From the NCBI RefSeq assembly GCF_037042905.1, contig NC_087252.1, positions 5,830,001 to 5,894,000 of the forward strand: 64,000 nucleotides of DNA, given 5' to 3'. Position numbers and translations under genes: made by a program. Of this stretch, positions 28,131 through 42,873 are shown piece after piece. Each line of letters opens with the position of its first letter. The first letter of the stretch is position 1. The notes under the pieces were generated by a model. That model did no database searches. It was not told the origin of the DNA and was given only the letters and a program-made list of their open reading frames with translations. The DNA comes from Lytechinus pictus. Taxonomy: Eukaryota.

Positions 28131-29379
28131 ATTTTACATGTTTCAAAAAAGACCCCTGAGTGCTAATTTCGGAAAAGTGTGCGCCTATCAACACTTGATA
28201 TTACTTCTAAAAAGATTGATACAGGAGAACTTTCATAATTCAAAACCCCTAATAAATTATGGAACACCAAATCAGAATAGTCGCTTTGAAATTTGATATC
28301 GATCCTAAGCCTTTATGTAACTTGAATGAGTTGAAAATGAATAACACAGGAATCGTATCAACTACGAACATGCAATCAGAAATCACCAGTCGCATGCGAC
28401 GTCACCGACCTCGTGATTGGTTTTGACCAATCTAATTTGATTATCGCTCGAGAGTGATCCATGCTAACGACTTTATGGTAATTGTGCTTCCCTAGCAATT
28501 ATCACCCGACTTCCAAACTGTCTAATTTCAGAATTGCTTGTGGGACCTAAAATCGAAGTGAACCTTGGGGAATGTCCAATTGAGGTTAGTTAATGTTGTA
28601 CTTTCTTTCATGAACAACCCATTATACACACACACCCACACACAAACACACACATGTTCGGAAATTTCTCTCATTCTCTCCTTTATTCCACTGCTATTCT
28701 TTTTGTTTACATCTTGTTGTTTCGAATAACATCTGCTGTGTGATATAATAGAATTTATAGAAAGTAACTTTTATAAGATGATGCTGCTTTAAAAATATAT
28801 ATATATATTTCGCACACCGTGTCCGAGTGGGAAAGTAATAGCTCCAATTATGTGTCCCAATCAAGCTTAGGTCCACTTCATAATGGTAGAACATAAACTT
28901 TTTGATTGAAAAGCTTACACATGGGGATTGTGATGTAGTTCATTCACAAACTCATGAACTTTTATGATAGCGATGTAATTACCAGGCAATTATCAAAACT
29001 GTAAACATTTATCAGAACTAAAAATATGAAATATGAATTATTGTGCTCTTGGCCCTAAAATATTTCCTACAACCTTCATTAAGTTCCTCAATTATAATTA
29101 TTTTTCTATAACTTTTTTAACGATTTTGGCAATTGTAAATATATGTATTTACATATTTATTCGATTGCATTTCTTTTTGGAAAGAAGAATGCGATGAAAA
29201 TATTAACTAATGTCTTGAATGGATTGATGTTTACTTGATATCATACAGTTCATTATTTCCATGCATATCTAAATGGACAAGAAGAGGAACAGATAAGCAT
29301 TTGTTAAACAAATATATATATATATATATATATATACAATTTGCAAAAGTAGCTAAAAGAAATACAGTAACTGTCTTAC

Positions 29380-29403
29380 CTTGAATATAAGTTCCTTGAA
29401 TGC
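29380..29403 (-). CDS. 24-nt microexon (AFKELIFK) of the same minus-strand gene
   Basis: Long pyrimidine tract acttctctctttctttcttccatacag|GCATTCAAGGAACTTATATTCAAG|gtaaga. Both splice sites are strong, and the exon preserves frame and is stop-free in phase 0. Confidence 0.7.
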
Positions 29404-31581
29404 CTGTATGGAAGAAAGAAAGAGAGAAGTAAGGAAAAAACTAAATTAACATACACAATTATTTTTTAATGTACATGTACCAATTGCATTCAACACAACA
29501 GTGACACCTCTTCAAATTGACACAAATGTGCGTTATCCTATCTACAACTCTGATATATTTAACGCGTATTGGTATATCGAGTTAGTCAAGCACGAAATGG
29601 TTAATAATGCCCCAGTGCATACTGATACAGTTTTCAAACACCAGGCATTAATTCACGTACAACCCTAACCAAAGCATTTTTTTGGAAAATAACGTATTTA
29701 TAGAAACAAGCATGGTAAAAGATGTATAAACTTCTCTCTTTTTCAAATAAAAACAACGGTAATGGATGCGTTATCCCGTTTTATAGTTGATAACAAATAT
29801 CAAAATATGTGACGTTACTATCAAACAATAACTAAGTGGAATGTACAGCACAGACTCTCATATCATATTATTCATAAATTGATATTATCATAACCATGAT
29901 AACCAAGTTGTCAGATTGAAAAAAAACCCGGGTAAAACACTGTCCCCGCACATTCAGTATCACTCCCTCTAATAATGTTCATTATGGATCCATGATGTCT
30001 ATTTATCCATCATATCTGCCTGTCATTCTCGGGTTGGTATTTGATAAGTGCAATTATCCGCCAAATTGGTGACATTTCCGATCAGGCTTTCTCGGGCCTT
30101 AACCTTTTATGCATCCTTTGTTATGGCAGTCCCAGGCCTCATACAGTTTTATTTGCCTTTTAACTGTGTAAATGTCATAAGTGGTCGGATGTATGAGATT
30201 CTAATTAGTTTTTGGGGAAGTCGAATTTTGTGTTCAAACATTATTTTGGGTAACTCCACTTTCCCCTTCAATTGGGTATGCAGTTCGGGGAAAGTGTCTA
30301 ACAAACTGCTTTTTGTGATGCTTGTTGGAAAGTGAGCTTCCACTCAGTTATCGGCTAAGCCCATAATGATGAATATCCAATGCAATGAATCCAATTGAAT
30401 TCAAGCTAAATATTTTATATCAACACACTGTGAATCCCAGTTCCCTATTAGAATCAGACGTGAGCAGATGAGTGGAGAAAATAATTCATTACTTATTCAA
30501 AAACCTAAAAATCATTTTGTTCCTAATTCAATCATTATGTTGATACGATCACTCGATGAATCAGAGTAAGAGAAGATGAATGTCAACACCGAACATTACA
30601 CTAGGGTAGGGTGGGGGTAATTATGGAATATTCCATAATTACTTATCTTCGCATACTCTGTATTCCCTTCTTTCTTTTTTGGGGGGGGGTTCTGTGGAAG
30701 TCCGTCGCACCCAAAGGGTTAAAATAAAAGGAAATCACTAACAATATCTTTACTTGGATGATATTCCTTCTAAATAGACTGTAGTGTATTGCAGAGGGCT
30801 GAGCAATAATATGTTTTTTTTTTACTTAGCTTCATCTCTTTCTACTACGAAGTATTTGTATCATAACAATAACGTCAATTTTATATTGAATTGAAATGAT
30901 TCCTCCAGTTGGAGGAACATTTGAAATGCGATCTGTTAACGAATCATGACTGGGACAGATAAGATGAACAGTCCTGGGAAATCTATTCCTATAAGGCGCC
31001 TTTTACCAAAGGACAGACCAGGAAATGCAAACAAATTGATACAATTAAAGCTGAAACGGTATCTGGTGGTTCCCAACAAGGCACGCTGGTTGATTCAATT
31101 ATCAGCGCACAATTTTTGTCTCCATACCAATTGGATATTCTGCGCGCGTGAACATAATACTCGCATTTGATGAGCCCTGGCTCACTCTTCCTAAAAAATA
31201 GAAACTGTTTGACTTAATAACGGTTGTTTTAATATTCCAAACAATGGATCGAGAGTGAATGAAGGATTGCAGCTTAGGCAAACTCGTTTGGTTTAATTGA
31301 AACAAAATGATAATGTACTATTCTTAACCCTCGCTCATTTCAGTAACGTTTTATATTTCGGTCGTGGCAGACTTTCGTCATTAATCTATCTGCAGTATAT
31401 TAGGTAGAACTTCACAAATTATTTATGGAACGCTGAATTTTCCGAATAATTGCTAGCAGTATTTTAATTCTTGCCTGAACATGGAAGAGAATTATATTTA
31501 GAAATAATACATTATAATAGTAAGTATGGAACTATTTCACTATTAGGACTGCTACTACTTTATAACAACTTTTTTTCTACT

Positions 31582-31611
31582 TTACTTCTTCTACTACTAC
31601 TACTACTACTT

Positions 31612-31642
<31 letters not shown>

Positions 31643-31836
31643 TTCTACTACTACTACTACTACTACTTTTACTACTACTACTACTACTACTACTTCTTCT
31701 TCTTCTACTACTACTACTACTACTACTACTACTATTACTACTACTACTACTTCTACTACTACTACTACTTCTACTATTACAACTACTACTACTTCTGCTG
31801 CTGCTGCTGCTGCTACTACTACTACTACTACTACTA
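31582..31836. repeat. (CTA)n microsatellite with CTT/CTG interruptions
   Basis: Direct inspection; source of the poly-Leu ORF. Confidence 0.97.
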
Positions 31837-32884
31837 AAACTTATATTACTGTTACTGTAACTATTACTTCTTCTGCAGCTATACTGGTACTATTATTAAG
31901 AACAAAACTACTTCTACCACCACTACCACGCCTATTACAACTATTACTATTAATAGTAGTGTTGATAATGGCGAAACAATTATAACTGTTAGTTCAAGTT
32001 TAGTGTATATCCTCCCCCAAATAATCTAAATACAATGTGAAGTAGCCCAATAATCGAAATTTTACTGGAGTTAATAATATATATCCAGCCATCCTGATAC
32101 CAAAATACGCGCCGTGATATCGGCCGTCTGCACCATAATCGATGTCTTTTTATAGCATCGATAATTACCGCCGGGTATGAAGTATAATTAATCCTACACA
32201 TCAGAGTCTAATTAATGGGTCATATTAAACTATAATTACTTTGCCTCTAATTATTGATCTTGCCTGACAAGTCAATTGATTAACGACAAGGGGAAGTTGG
32301 ACGTCAGGTCGAAAGTAAATGCTTCTAAGGTAGTCAAGCGTGATGAGACCGCTTTAAACAGGATATAAAGCGTAGGATATATAGGCCTACTGCCCTTATA
32401 GACGTTGTAGAGGTCATCGGTAAATTAAATATATAAATATGCAACAAATCATTTTTGTCATAATGTAGCATGTATATAGCTTCACTGTATACAATTTCCT
32501 GTAGGCCATTTTGCAAAACGCAGCGTGAAGAAACATTGAAGCTTTAGTGCTTAATATTTTGGCCTTGATACTTTTGCAACATTATTATTTTTTTCATTTA
32601 GTCATTTAAAAATACTTTCATGCTTATTCTCCTCGAAAACTAGAGGTCATTACTAGATCATAACATATTACAATCTGCTGCTGTGTTATCAATATAAATG
32701 TTTTATCACTTTCTTAGTCTAATTAAAAACAAAGTCTAACTGTAAACAATAATTTGTCAGTGATTCTAAGCAAATAGATGATGGTATACAGGGAGGGGTT
32801 TTTTCCCTCCTTTTTTTTTGGGGGGGGGGGGATGGGTGGTGGTGTGGGCAAACAATCACAAGGTACTGAATAAGTCTGAAGAAA

Positions 32885-33159
32885 TAAAAATAACAATCAT
32901 AGCTGGATTTATATAACGCTTTTTCCCTATGGATGCAAAGCGTTTGCTATTATTACCTGACTATAGCTCGAGCTACCATCACCGGTGCTCGAGGCATGCA
33001 ACGAATTAATCCTGCTTGGTATCCATTTACCTCACCTGGGTCGAGTGCAGCACAGTGTGGATAATTTCTTTCTGAAGGAAGACACGACATCGCTAGGATT
33101 CGAACCCACGAAACCCTGTTTGAAAGCCGAGAGTCAGAGCCCCTAGACCGCGACGCGCT
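32885..33159 (-). mobile_element. tRNA-derived SINE
   Basis: Minus strand tRNA-like head with A-box-like cgcggtctaggg and B box GGTTCGAATCC, then core ccacactgtgctgcactcgacccaggtg, then a LINE-like tail aagcgttatataaat. A related copy lies at 59791. Confidence 0.75.
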
Positions 33160-33999
33160 TTATTTGCTCTATCAAGATAATATTTTCAGTATTCATATCA
33201 GGAACTTTACATTCATTACTGGTAAAACTCAACTATGATGTTGGGAGCTTTGTCCACAAGAATCAAATTGTTCTTAAAGGCAATAGGATTTAGCAGGATA
33301 ATTGAATATTCCAGTCTCGATAGCGAAGAATAATTAATAGGGTTTTTTTTAATGGGTAAGCGAAAAGGGTGGTTGTTTTGGGTGATGTCATATACATGTA
33401 CATCAACCAGGTTTATGTAGCGTGTATAGACATAGAGATCCGCAGTCATTATACTCCAGTGATGTTTGGTGTTATTTCAATCCCTTTTAACTGTTTGGTG
33501 TTAATGGGTGTAATTTTACATGTTTACACTTCAAGGGGTGGTCCTCTATAGACACCATCTGGTGTTCAACACCCAAGATATTGCTTTCGCAATGAAATTA
33601 TATGGGGATGACCTTTTTTCCTTTGTTTTTAATCCCTGAACTGACTTCCTCGATGAAAAAAAGAAGATGACAACAAATAAAAGGAAATATAGATTTTTAA
33701 GGCTTTGCATAATAAATTGCTGGTGCAACTTTTTTACGCATTCCGTTTAACGAGCTTCGAATTTCATCTCTGTACCTTTCAATTTATATCATATTCGACG
33801 GGATTTCAATTATTCCAATATTCTGCTTAAATACAAACAAACGGGTTTGACTCTATGATAATTGTATGCTTAACATATCGCTGTAATACATTTGTAACAT
33901 TCGATTTTTTTCATGCACCTTTTAAGCTTCGAATAATTAAACCTAGGTGGAGAATGCAGCATTTTAAAAGAAGATGAAAGCGCATAAATGTCACTAACT

Positions 34000-34120
34000 C
34001 TTGAACATCTCTGCGGATGATACCCAAATCAAATGCTTTCGATACACAGCTAGAAATACCAATACGACCAGGTTTGTTGGTTTCCCAAAAACTCAATCCC
34101 ACTTAATATCCGCATCAGAA
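34000..34120 (+). mobile_element. Possible highly decayed non-LTR reverse transcriptase fragment
   Basis: Reads SADDTQI (compare YADDTQ), then after a frameshift WFPKNSIPLN (compare W-x3-N-x-L-x-LN of CR1/L2 RTs). Short and weak. Confidence 0.3.
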
Positions 34121-35372
34121 CAAGAGCATCGTATCGTATCCACTCCTATTTCTTCAGGCTGTTGAATTAGTCTTGATGTCAACCATGCCTCGACTTTAGT
34201 ATCATCCTGTCCGAAGCTTTCCCTTACTTCCACAAAAAGTAAACCGAAGAAAACATTGGATACATTTAATGACTAAGTGAGATTAGTGACCTATTTACTT
34301 TAAGTAGAGATGTTGAAGTGTCCGCGACTGATTGGATTAGAAATGTATTAATTAAATTTGGATCTTATCGTTTCACACAAAGTGATCATACTATCAACAG
34401 ATTGGAAATAAGTGGAGCGTGCTCTGATTTATTCTACACCGACTGGAATTAGTAGTAATGATTAATTCATTACGATGTGCCAATTTTGAATTTAGATTAT
34501 AAATAGTTTTCTTATATTGTTTCAATCATATGATCTGCTTGAAGAATAATCCGATATCAGATACAAATTATCCCAAGAGCTTATGTTGACTTTAGAGTTT
34601 ATTTTATTATAACTTTTTTTTTCCGGGGAAGGGGGTGGTTGGGTGGGGGTGGGAGTAAGCAAACTGATAGTGATTTTTTTTTCCTTTGCTCTCCTTCTTT
34701 GTTTTTTTATATACCTTTTCCTTTCTTTCTTCCTTCCTTTCCCTCTTTTGTCTTTTCTTTTCTGTTCTCATGTTCCTCTCCATATGTCTCTCTCTCTTTT
34801 ATTTGGTTCCCATGGAAGACCAGCTGCACATATAATTGGTGCAGCTGAATATGGGTTATCCAACCGTCTTTTGATCTTTTGTTTTTTATCTTCTAACTTT
34901 CTCAACATGTTTCAATCATTAATATTTTTTTTCTCTTTTTAATCAATGTTTATAATTTATTTCATTATGTATGTATATAATACTCCTTGTATCTCTCTAC
35001 ATGTATATATTGTTATGTATTTTATGATTGAAAGAAAAACAAACGAACAAACAATGCCATAATTAGCGTTTTCATGAAACAAAATATTGACTAAAGGCCG
35101 AGATGGTTTTTGCTTCTACACAGAGAAAGACACATAGAAAAAATATGGATAAGTGAATGACGGACTTATGGAATTGCTGAGGGTATCAGTCTTGTTTACG
35201 ATTCCACGCTTGCTTAAGATTCATTTGAAGAGAGGCGTTACGAAGTGTGAAATTGCCCGAGGATTATGCCCAGGCTAATCAGTCCAGGTGTAGTAAAAAT
35301 GACGTAGAGTCTGATAGCTGTGTAGCTTTCAGGTCCGTCGTGTTTGGCTTGAATGAATACTGTCCTCTAATA

Positions 35373-35532
35373 CCTTGGTCACATTTGTTCTACGGGGGCC
35401 GTACGGCGAGTCGAAAACAGCCGTTTTAACATTTTGTGTACCAACTATACATATAGGTGGTTTGAATTAAAATCAATAAAACGGCTGTTTTCGACTCGCC
35501 GTACGGCCGCCGTAGATCAAATGTGACCAAGG
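35373..35532. mobile_element. ~160-bp palindromic MITE, copy 1 of 2
   Basis: ccttggtcacatttgttctacgggggccgtacggcgagtcgaaaacagccgtttt pairs with aaaacggctgttttcgactcgccgtacggccgccgtagatcaaatgtgaccaagg. Confidence 0.85.
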
Positions 35533-37541
35533 TTTTAGTAATACTTGTTGTGCATGAATAACCGAGGATGCTCCTTGTAATAACGTTGTGGATGAAAATG
35601 TCATTTTGCAAGATCCAAGGCCCGTTACGGTAAGAGTTACTTTCAGAGGCAAGCTAAAGAACGAATGCTATCTCTAACGGTTCACTAGTGACGGGTAGAT
35701 TTGGATTCACAAAAAGAAACAATCATGAAGTTATGATTGACAAAGGTATTAGCATCATGTCGCTTGATGATTACGTTCACATTAAACTTGGATTAAATCT
35801 GAAAAATAATTACCTCTATCGACACCATCTAAACAATAAACACCTAAAGGTCTTGCACAATGCAGGATTGCAACACTTTTTTCAAAAAACCTTGGTAAGT
35901 GCACAACTGTATGCACTATTAACGATTTATTAGCCCAAAGACCAGACAGTCGCACCAGGACATTGGTTTGTAACACTTTACAAAGGTATCCCAACTGGCA
36001 AGAACGCAGTGTAACCGATCATTTAGATGCGTTAATATATCTAAGGTAGAAGAGAGTGCTTACAATGTGGAAGCATCTTCGCAACGCTAAATGGTACATT
36101 CTGGTGCAAATGATATTTCACACATTGTAGTCCACAGTGTGAACACATCTTGAACTGACTATAAACACACCATGTGACATTTTTTTTTTTTTTTTGCAGG
36201 AACTATACTGGTGATTCGGGAAATAATCACATAATCATTTAAACTTGGGATGCCTTAACAAAGGTAACAACACGTCTCTTTGGTGTATTATTTCTTTTTT
36301 TTTTCAAAGAATAATTGCTGCCTTTCTGCAAGGATATTTTAGAGTCGCACTTTTCTCATTAGTCCCCTCTGGAGTATTTTCATTAGTGTTGTATTTCATG
36401 TTAATGTTTATTTTTCATTTTCTATAGAGCAGAGCATTCTCCTCTCACTTGTTCAATCGGTTATTTTTTTTTCCGTGAGGGATTTTGATTTGCATTTAAA
36501 TTAGGATTACCAATAGCAAAACATGAATTCCATTTTCCAATGGAATGTTATCTTTTGAGAATTCGCTAAAAAGATTCCATACATATATCCTCGATCAACG
36601 ATTCCTATATTAATCTCGATGGGTGTTACGCGTTATTACAAATGCGATGAATCGACGTGTCTTAGAACGTGAGTGGCATTTCAGAAGAAAGTTGCAAAAG
36701 CTCAAAAAAGAGACATTCTTAACAGAAAGCTCTGAACGAAAGACATGAATTTTGTCAAAGTGAGAAATGATTGAAGGGGGGCGGGTGGGCGGCACAAGTA
36801 CCCCAAGTGAAAATACAAATTTAAACCAGATTTAAATCGTCATAAGGACGGATAAGGTGGCCTGTCGTATAGGTCTCCGTGCCCGAAAAACGAAAGAGGA
36901 AGGCTATCAGCAACTTTCATCGCGCTGCAAGATAACCTGTCGGGCCGCGCCCACCTTAGTTAAGAGCAAGCATGCGCTGCATGGAGCATGGATGACCAGT
37001 CCAGCCAAGGAGATAGGTCAGTGGTCTGGATGACCAGTCCAGCCAAAGAGATAAGTCAGTGGTCGATACCTATAATCAAGGAGATATCACCATGTCTAGT
37101 CATTCACATTTCTGCTCTCCCACCAGCCTTGCACATTCGCAAGCAGACACGCTCACGGACAAAGTTGGTACCAACGAATCTATAGTATCTCATCAATCTG
37201 CATATAAACTCTAAGCTAGTTCTAGTTTTAATTGGCAATTTCGTGGTGAGACACGTGCATTGTGTCATTCTATCTTATATACAAAGTGTATAATCATTTT
37301 CTTTTCTTTCAAAATTGCTTTAGTTATAACAACTTACTTATCCCCCATTAATTCATCAGAGTATTTTTTTATCTAATTTGATCTATGCAGATAAAATGAA
37401 ATATTAAAATGTTCAAATCACCAAAATATTTCAAATGCAAACCAAACATATTCCTAAAGTATCAAACGTTATTCACTAATGACCGAATACAAAATGTAAT
37501 TTTGGTAGGGATGATCTGGAAGAAACCTGTGAGGGGTTGAC

Positions 37542-37798
37542 TACACTGTTAAAAAACCCTGATTTTAAAGAAAGCTATAACGGAATCATTCTGTAAATTC
37601 ATAAAACAGGATTTTTTCTGCAATTTAACAGAGCAGGTCTGTTTAAAAAGGGGAAAAGAGTGTTTTATTTAAGGAAATTTGTAAGATTCCATACGCCAAA
37701 TACCAATTTCCTGTAAGATTACGCAATATGGTAGGATTACATGTGTTCTCGAGACTCTGCTGCAGGAACTTTTTAAGGACAAATTTTCTAACTGTGTA
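37542..37798 (+). mobile_element. CACTG-terminus non-autonomous DNA transposon, copy 3 of 3
   Basis: Starts tacactgttaaaaaaccctgatttta; same internal sequence as the other copies, with small deletions. Confidence 0.8.
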
Positions 37799-38412
37799 AT
37801 TCTTACTTGGTATTCTCGTCCCGATCAATATCCGTTCCTTGAAACGTTCCTTGGGGGATATTTACTCTCTGAATGGACTCTTTGCATATTCGGAAGGTTA
37901 CACCAATATTAGGATCACACTGGTAATACACTTCTTTGCTTGTTTATTAAAACGAGGTTGGCAAGGGCTCCGTGGAGGCTGAATATATATAGCTTTTATT
38001 CCAACCTGCCGGTAAAAGGGCCACCTTTTACGCACTTTACACTTAGGTATATGCTTACGAAAAAGGTCAGCCATTCTTGTGTCCCAGTTAAGATTCTAAC
38101 GCCTACCTGTCTTGCACCCTATGATGCATATCAAAAGGGCCTGATAGGTTATTATAATATCGTAAATAATTGCTTACGATTGAGAATTTGTTTCTTAAGG
38201 TATTAGAATATCTCTTTTTTTCAAAATGACAAAACAATACCCCACACTGTTAAACAATAATGTAAGTTACCAAAAAATATTAGATTACTATAAATTGTTT
38301 CTGATGGAGGATAAACTTTCCGGAATGTTTGTTTGATGCAATCTAGTTAACGTTATAAAATAGTTAAGTGTCATTTTTTTAAGAGTAACTGTGTTACAAA
38401 GTATTTAGTATA

Positions 38413-38582
38413 CCTCAGTCACATTTGCTCTACATTGGCTGTACGGCGAGCCGAAAATAGCAATTTTAACATGTTTTGAACCAGCTACATGTACATATAA
38501 CTATGTAAATTTGAATAAAACATGCATAAAAAGGCTGTTTTTGACTCGCCGCACGGCCGCCGTAGAACAAATGTGACTTATG
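38413..38582. mobile_element. ~160-bp palindromic MITE, copy 2 of 2 (more diverged)
   Basis: gtcacatttgctctac...gtacggcgagccgaaaa pairs with ttttgactcgccgcacggccgccgtagaacaaatgtgac. Confidence 0.8.
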
Positions 38583-41500
38583 TTATGGTAAACGCATGGT
38601 AAACAGGTCCCCTTTGAATTTGAAGTTTGTTCCGCAGTGTGTATATGCTTTATTGGCCCATCAGATATGCCCAAAATATCAGTTTTGCCTGTCTTTGATT
38701 AGGAGAAAAGACATAAGGCTCTTGAGTATATTTTTTATTTCATTTTATAATTTTCTATATTTTGCTTACTGTCCCCAAGAACACAAAGACTATGTAGGTT
38801 CCGTTTTATATTATTTTGTATTATATGCTTTACAGGAAGTTTTTGCTTTGTGGTAGAGAAAATGGGAAAAAATGTCGAGCGTAGATAATTATTATTTTTC
38901 TCTCATGTATACAATCATGACAATGCATGTTATATATGAAGAGCACATTCACACGAACAAAAAGCTATGCACTTTAAGTTATTAATCTTCATAATGGACA
39001 AGGTTCATTTAGACAAACTTGATTGTAACTGGTATAGGTATATCATCATTAACATAATTTTCACTTCGTATTTACGAAACATATTTTCTCAAATTAAATG
39101 ATGTATGAAATCATTACTGCGTCGCTGCGATTACCCGTGAATCCATTAAGTATTATGAAGTGGATTAAGCATCTTAGATGAAAAAGGGGTATATTTAATA
39201 ATCTTTTCCCTATTGCGCCGTTGATAAAACTGGCTAGTTTTTTTAAGAACAGTTGCAATATCATATTTCCAGTGTTTGATATGATACGGAATTATTATTA
39301 ACAAGAATTCAGTTAATGACCATGAAGAAGACTTCAGATAGAAAAAAAGAGACATTTCAAAACCTGGACCATTGATTTACAAAGAACGGATCATATGATT
39401 GAAAACAGATTTTGAGAATTAATCTAGTTTATTTGTTCTATTAAAATACATACCATGACCTTTGAATCTTACAGCAAGCGTAAAACCAACAGTATTGGAT
39501 CATGAAATTAATTTACATAATTATTGGTTAATAACGGTCTTGCCTCCCTCATTTCCAAGATGTGCGGGAAATACGAGATATATTATGATCCATGAAAAAA
39601 TCAATGTTTAAAAATCATATTTACTCATTATATAGATAATAATAAAAAAATTAGGAAGTCGGTCCGCCTTGCCCACTAAACACTTTGTTCGAGCGCAGTA
39701 ATTACTGAGGCATGCAGTGCACGAACAAAATCTTGTAAGCAAAAGGGTTTTTTTCCACGCGGTTGAAAGTCACGTTTATGCAGGCGCGTAGCCAGGGGGC
39801 CGTGGGGGCGGTCGCCTCCCCCCCAAAAAAATAAAAAGCGCTCCCAAAAAGAAAAGAAAAAGGGGAAAGGAGAAAAAGAAAAAAGCAAAAGGAGAAAAGG
39901 GAAGAGAGGTAAAGCTTTGTTGTTTTCTCCTTCTTTTGGGGTCAAAAGAATAAAAAACCTAAACGAGACGTTTTTCTCTTTCCATACAACATTTTGCTTT
40001 TTCTTCTTAATCGAGTTATAATCTAAGAAATATCAAAATTAGAACAGGTTAAAGTTTTAGAGATTTTGTTTTAATATTCAGAGCTTAAACGCCATTCGCG
40101 GGAAGGAATAGCGCCCTATTTCATTCCTGTATATATATATATATATAATTATAATTTATAATTACTATACATATGATATGCTCAATAACAGGAATGCATA
40201 CTTAGGCCTACTAAGAACCAACCATACGACCTTGACAATCCCTTTCATTGTTCTTTATCGCACTGCATAAAACGTTGAACTTATACATATTCAATCAATG
40301 ACTTATAATTGTGTTCCCATCGATATATCCTTCAATTGAGTATTCAAATAAACGGTAGTTTCTAGAAAGAGTCTTGACTCTTGTGTCTTTCAATTCCAGC
40401 AGTATTCGTGACGTGTAAACCCGCACGTAAATTTGATCCCAAGTGTGTTTAAATACCTGCTCGTTTGACCTACTTCAAGGTGAAAGTTGGATCTTTGAAG
40501 TGTCCTTACGCCGCGTACGTTGAGACAAAATCAACATTTTCAGGGCTCACTGGCCTGGTCCCACGTGTGTTAACCGATCTCCTGTCTTGTTTATTATACG
40601 TTTGGTAGTGATTTATTAAACAGGTGTTTCTTTCACGTTTTTATTCAGCCAAACGTCCTTGCACAGCAAGTCACAGCAATGCACCATTCTCTAATAATCT
40701 TTTGCTCGAAGTAAATGTGCAAATTTTCCCTTATTCTCTATCTTTTCCTGTCCAAATTCTTCTTATCCATCATCTCCGTCTATTTAATCCAATTTCCCTT
40801 GTTATATCTCTTTTCAGTCCCCCCCCCCCCCTTCAGCGTTCTGACCATCTCCTGTACGATATAATATTTACCTATAGTTCTGCTATTCTTTATTACGCAT
40901 TAAACTGACGTGAACCAAATCCATGTAGTGTACTCTTTTCTCCTATTTTCACAAAATAACATCCTTAAGACTAAGTCTCCCCTTCATGATATATTCCCTG
41001 TCTGTATATGGTATGGCGTATTAATAAATTCGTCAATATACCTTTATAGAAAAAAAAACAGTCTTCATCCTAATTTTGTTTAATATTAATTTCTAATCAC
41101 ATTATGATTTTAATACACAGCAGTCACTCATAAAGTGTAATCGGAGACATTCCAATTCAAAGCTTAATTGAATGACATATCGTATTCGTCTTCATATCAA
41201 AGGATTTATGAAGTACCTTTTATTAAGAAGTGCTTGTCATCGTTGACCTTATAATACTTTCACATCTACCGCAGAAAGCCCGTTGGTATGAAGATTAATG
41301 CCCTTTGCCCTGTCCAATTCGAAAGAAGGACTAAGCGGACAGCAAGAATAATATATCTTACGAGGTATTATACTGTATATTATATTGTTTGTACTGTCAT
41401 TCAAGTATATGGACATCCTTTTAAAGGTAAGGACTCTTTCTAGTGATATTCATAGTTGAGAATGGTTTCATTTATTTTGTTTGGGAGGTGATTGATATTA

Positions 41501-42873
41501 TTTCGCTTCTGAAAATATTAAAGCCGATTTTCTTCCATATTATTGTACATTTCATCATCATCGTCATTGTCGTCGTCATTATCATCATCATCTCCATCAA
41601 CAATAGTCACCGTCATTTTCAACATCACCTTCAGTGTTATCATTTGTATCACTGTTCATGTTGTTCTCACTTTCGATGATGATTTGTTTTTTTTATATAT
41701 TTTGTTTTGTAAATTTGCTTCATCGGTTGGTATTTCTTCAATTGTGGTTTTCTTTTAAAGATTATATATTATTGACATGTGGTATATTTGTCGATATCGT
41801 TGTAGGAATCTTCTGATCGATATATAGTTTCGATTTGTCAAAATAGGGAATTAAAATTGGGTAGATGAATTGAAGAATAAATATGATAAAATAATAGTTC
41901 GTTTTAATCATATCAAGGAAAATGGCGAGAGCATATAAAAATATGTCTGGTTTAGACTACTAAACGAGTATACGACACTTTGATAATTTATATATTACTT
42001 ATTCGCTGGCCGACAGCTCAATAACAGGATAACCAACACAAATATTGATACAATTAGCGTCGATTGGTAGTTATAGATATTTGGAAAGCACTGCGTCTCT
42101 TATTTAGTGCAAAATTCAAATACTTGCTCAGGCTATTTAAATCATACAATCAGTATCTTTCGTCTGTGGTCAGTACGGTTTGTACGACTACAATGTGGCG
42201 AGTAACCAGAGGTAAATGGTAGAACATTGTGAATAATAACTTCTAGATAAAAGTAGGATTAAATATGAATGTTGATATTATCCTCTTTACTTTTCTACTT
42301 AAAAGGGCAAAAAACAAATCATAATGACATTTTCCCCAAACACAAGAGTGATCCAAGCATTCTTGAAGTTAACAGGGGAAAGGGTTTGTCAGGTATCTAT
42401 CATGTCAGGAACTTGTACACTGCTTCAAAAACAGAACTTGGGACCCTTATGCTATTCACGTTTGGATTCAAATGGTCCAGCCGTTTACACTTCCATGTCT
42501 AAGAACTTGTCGTTAAATTATATCTCAGAGGGAGAGAGATGGGGGGGGGGGGGAGAAAGCAGCAGTTTCATAGATATTCCTTTAATACCAATGATCATGA
42601 TGATCGATGTGGTTTGTCGGACTACTCTAAACTTGAAGAGACCTTCAAGTAAGAGCAACTGTTTTGAGTATTTGTATGTGCTTTTTGGTTTGGCGATTAG
42701 TTTATTATTCGTTTCGTTCGAATTTAGGAATTAGCTCGCAGGGGAATTACGAAGCAGTCATCTACCACCTGTCTAACGCGTATGGTCAGATTGGATTGGC
42801 GCGTGTCGAACACGTGATTCATGGTCTGAGGTGGGGTTGAACTTCTGTTTAAAGTCTACAAACGGATAACATA

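Noticed and set aside
31471..31860. 129-aa poly-leucine ORF
   Set aside because: Translation of a (CTA)n microsatellite.
33085..33159. tRNA gene (GGTTCGAATCC B box, TTC near the anticodon position)
   Set aside because: Stems pair poorly and the sequence runs into a SINE core and tail that recur at 59.8 kb, so it is a SINE head.
35730..35850. DKG-x6-DDY string reminiscent of Penelope-type RT N-terminal region
   Set aside because: Too short, with no further RT motifs nearby.
37807..37919. Minus-strand exon candidate CDPNIGVTFRICKESIQRVNIPQGTFQGTDIDRDENT
   Set aside because: Weak acceptor, donor abuts a transposon end, and it is not needed for a phase-consistent model.
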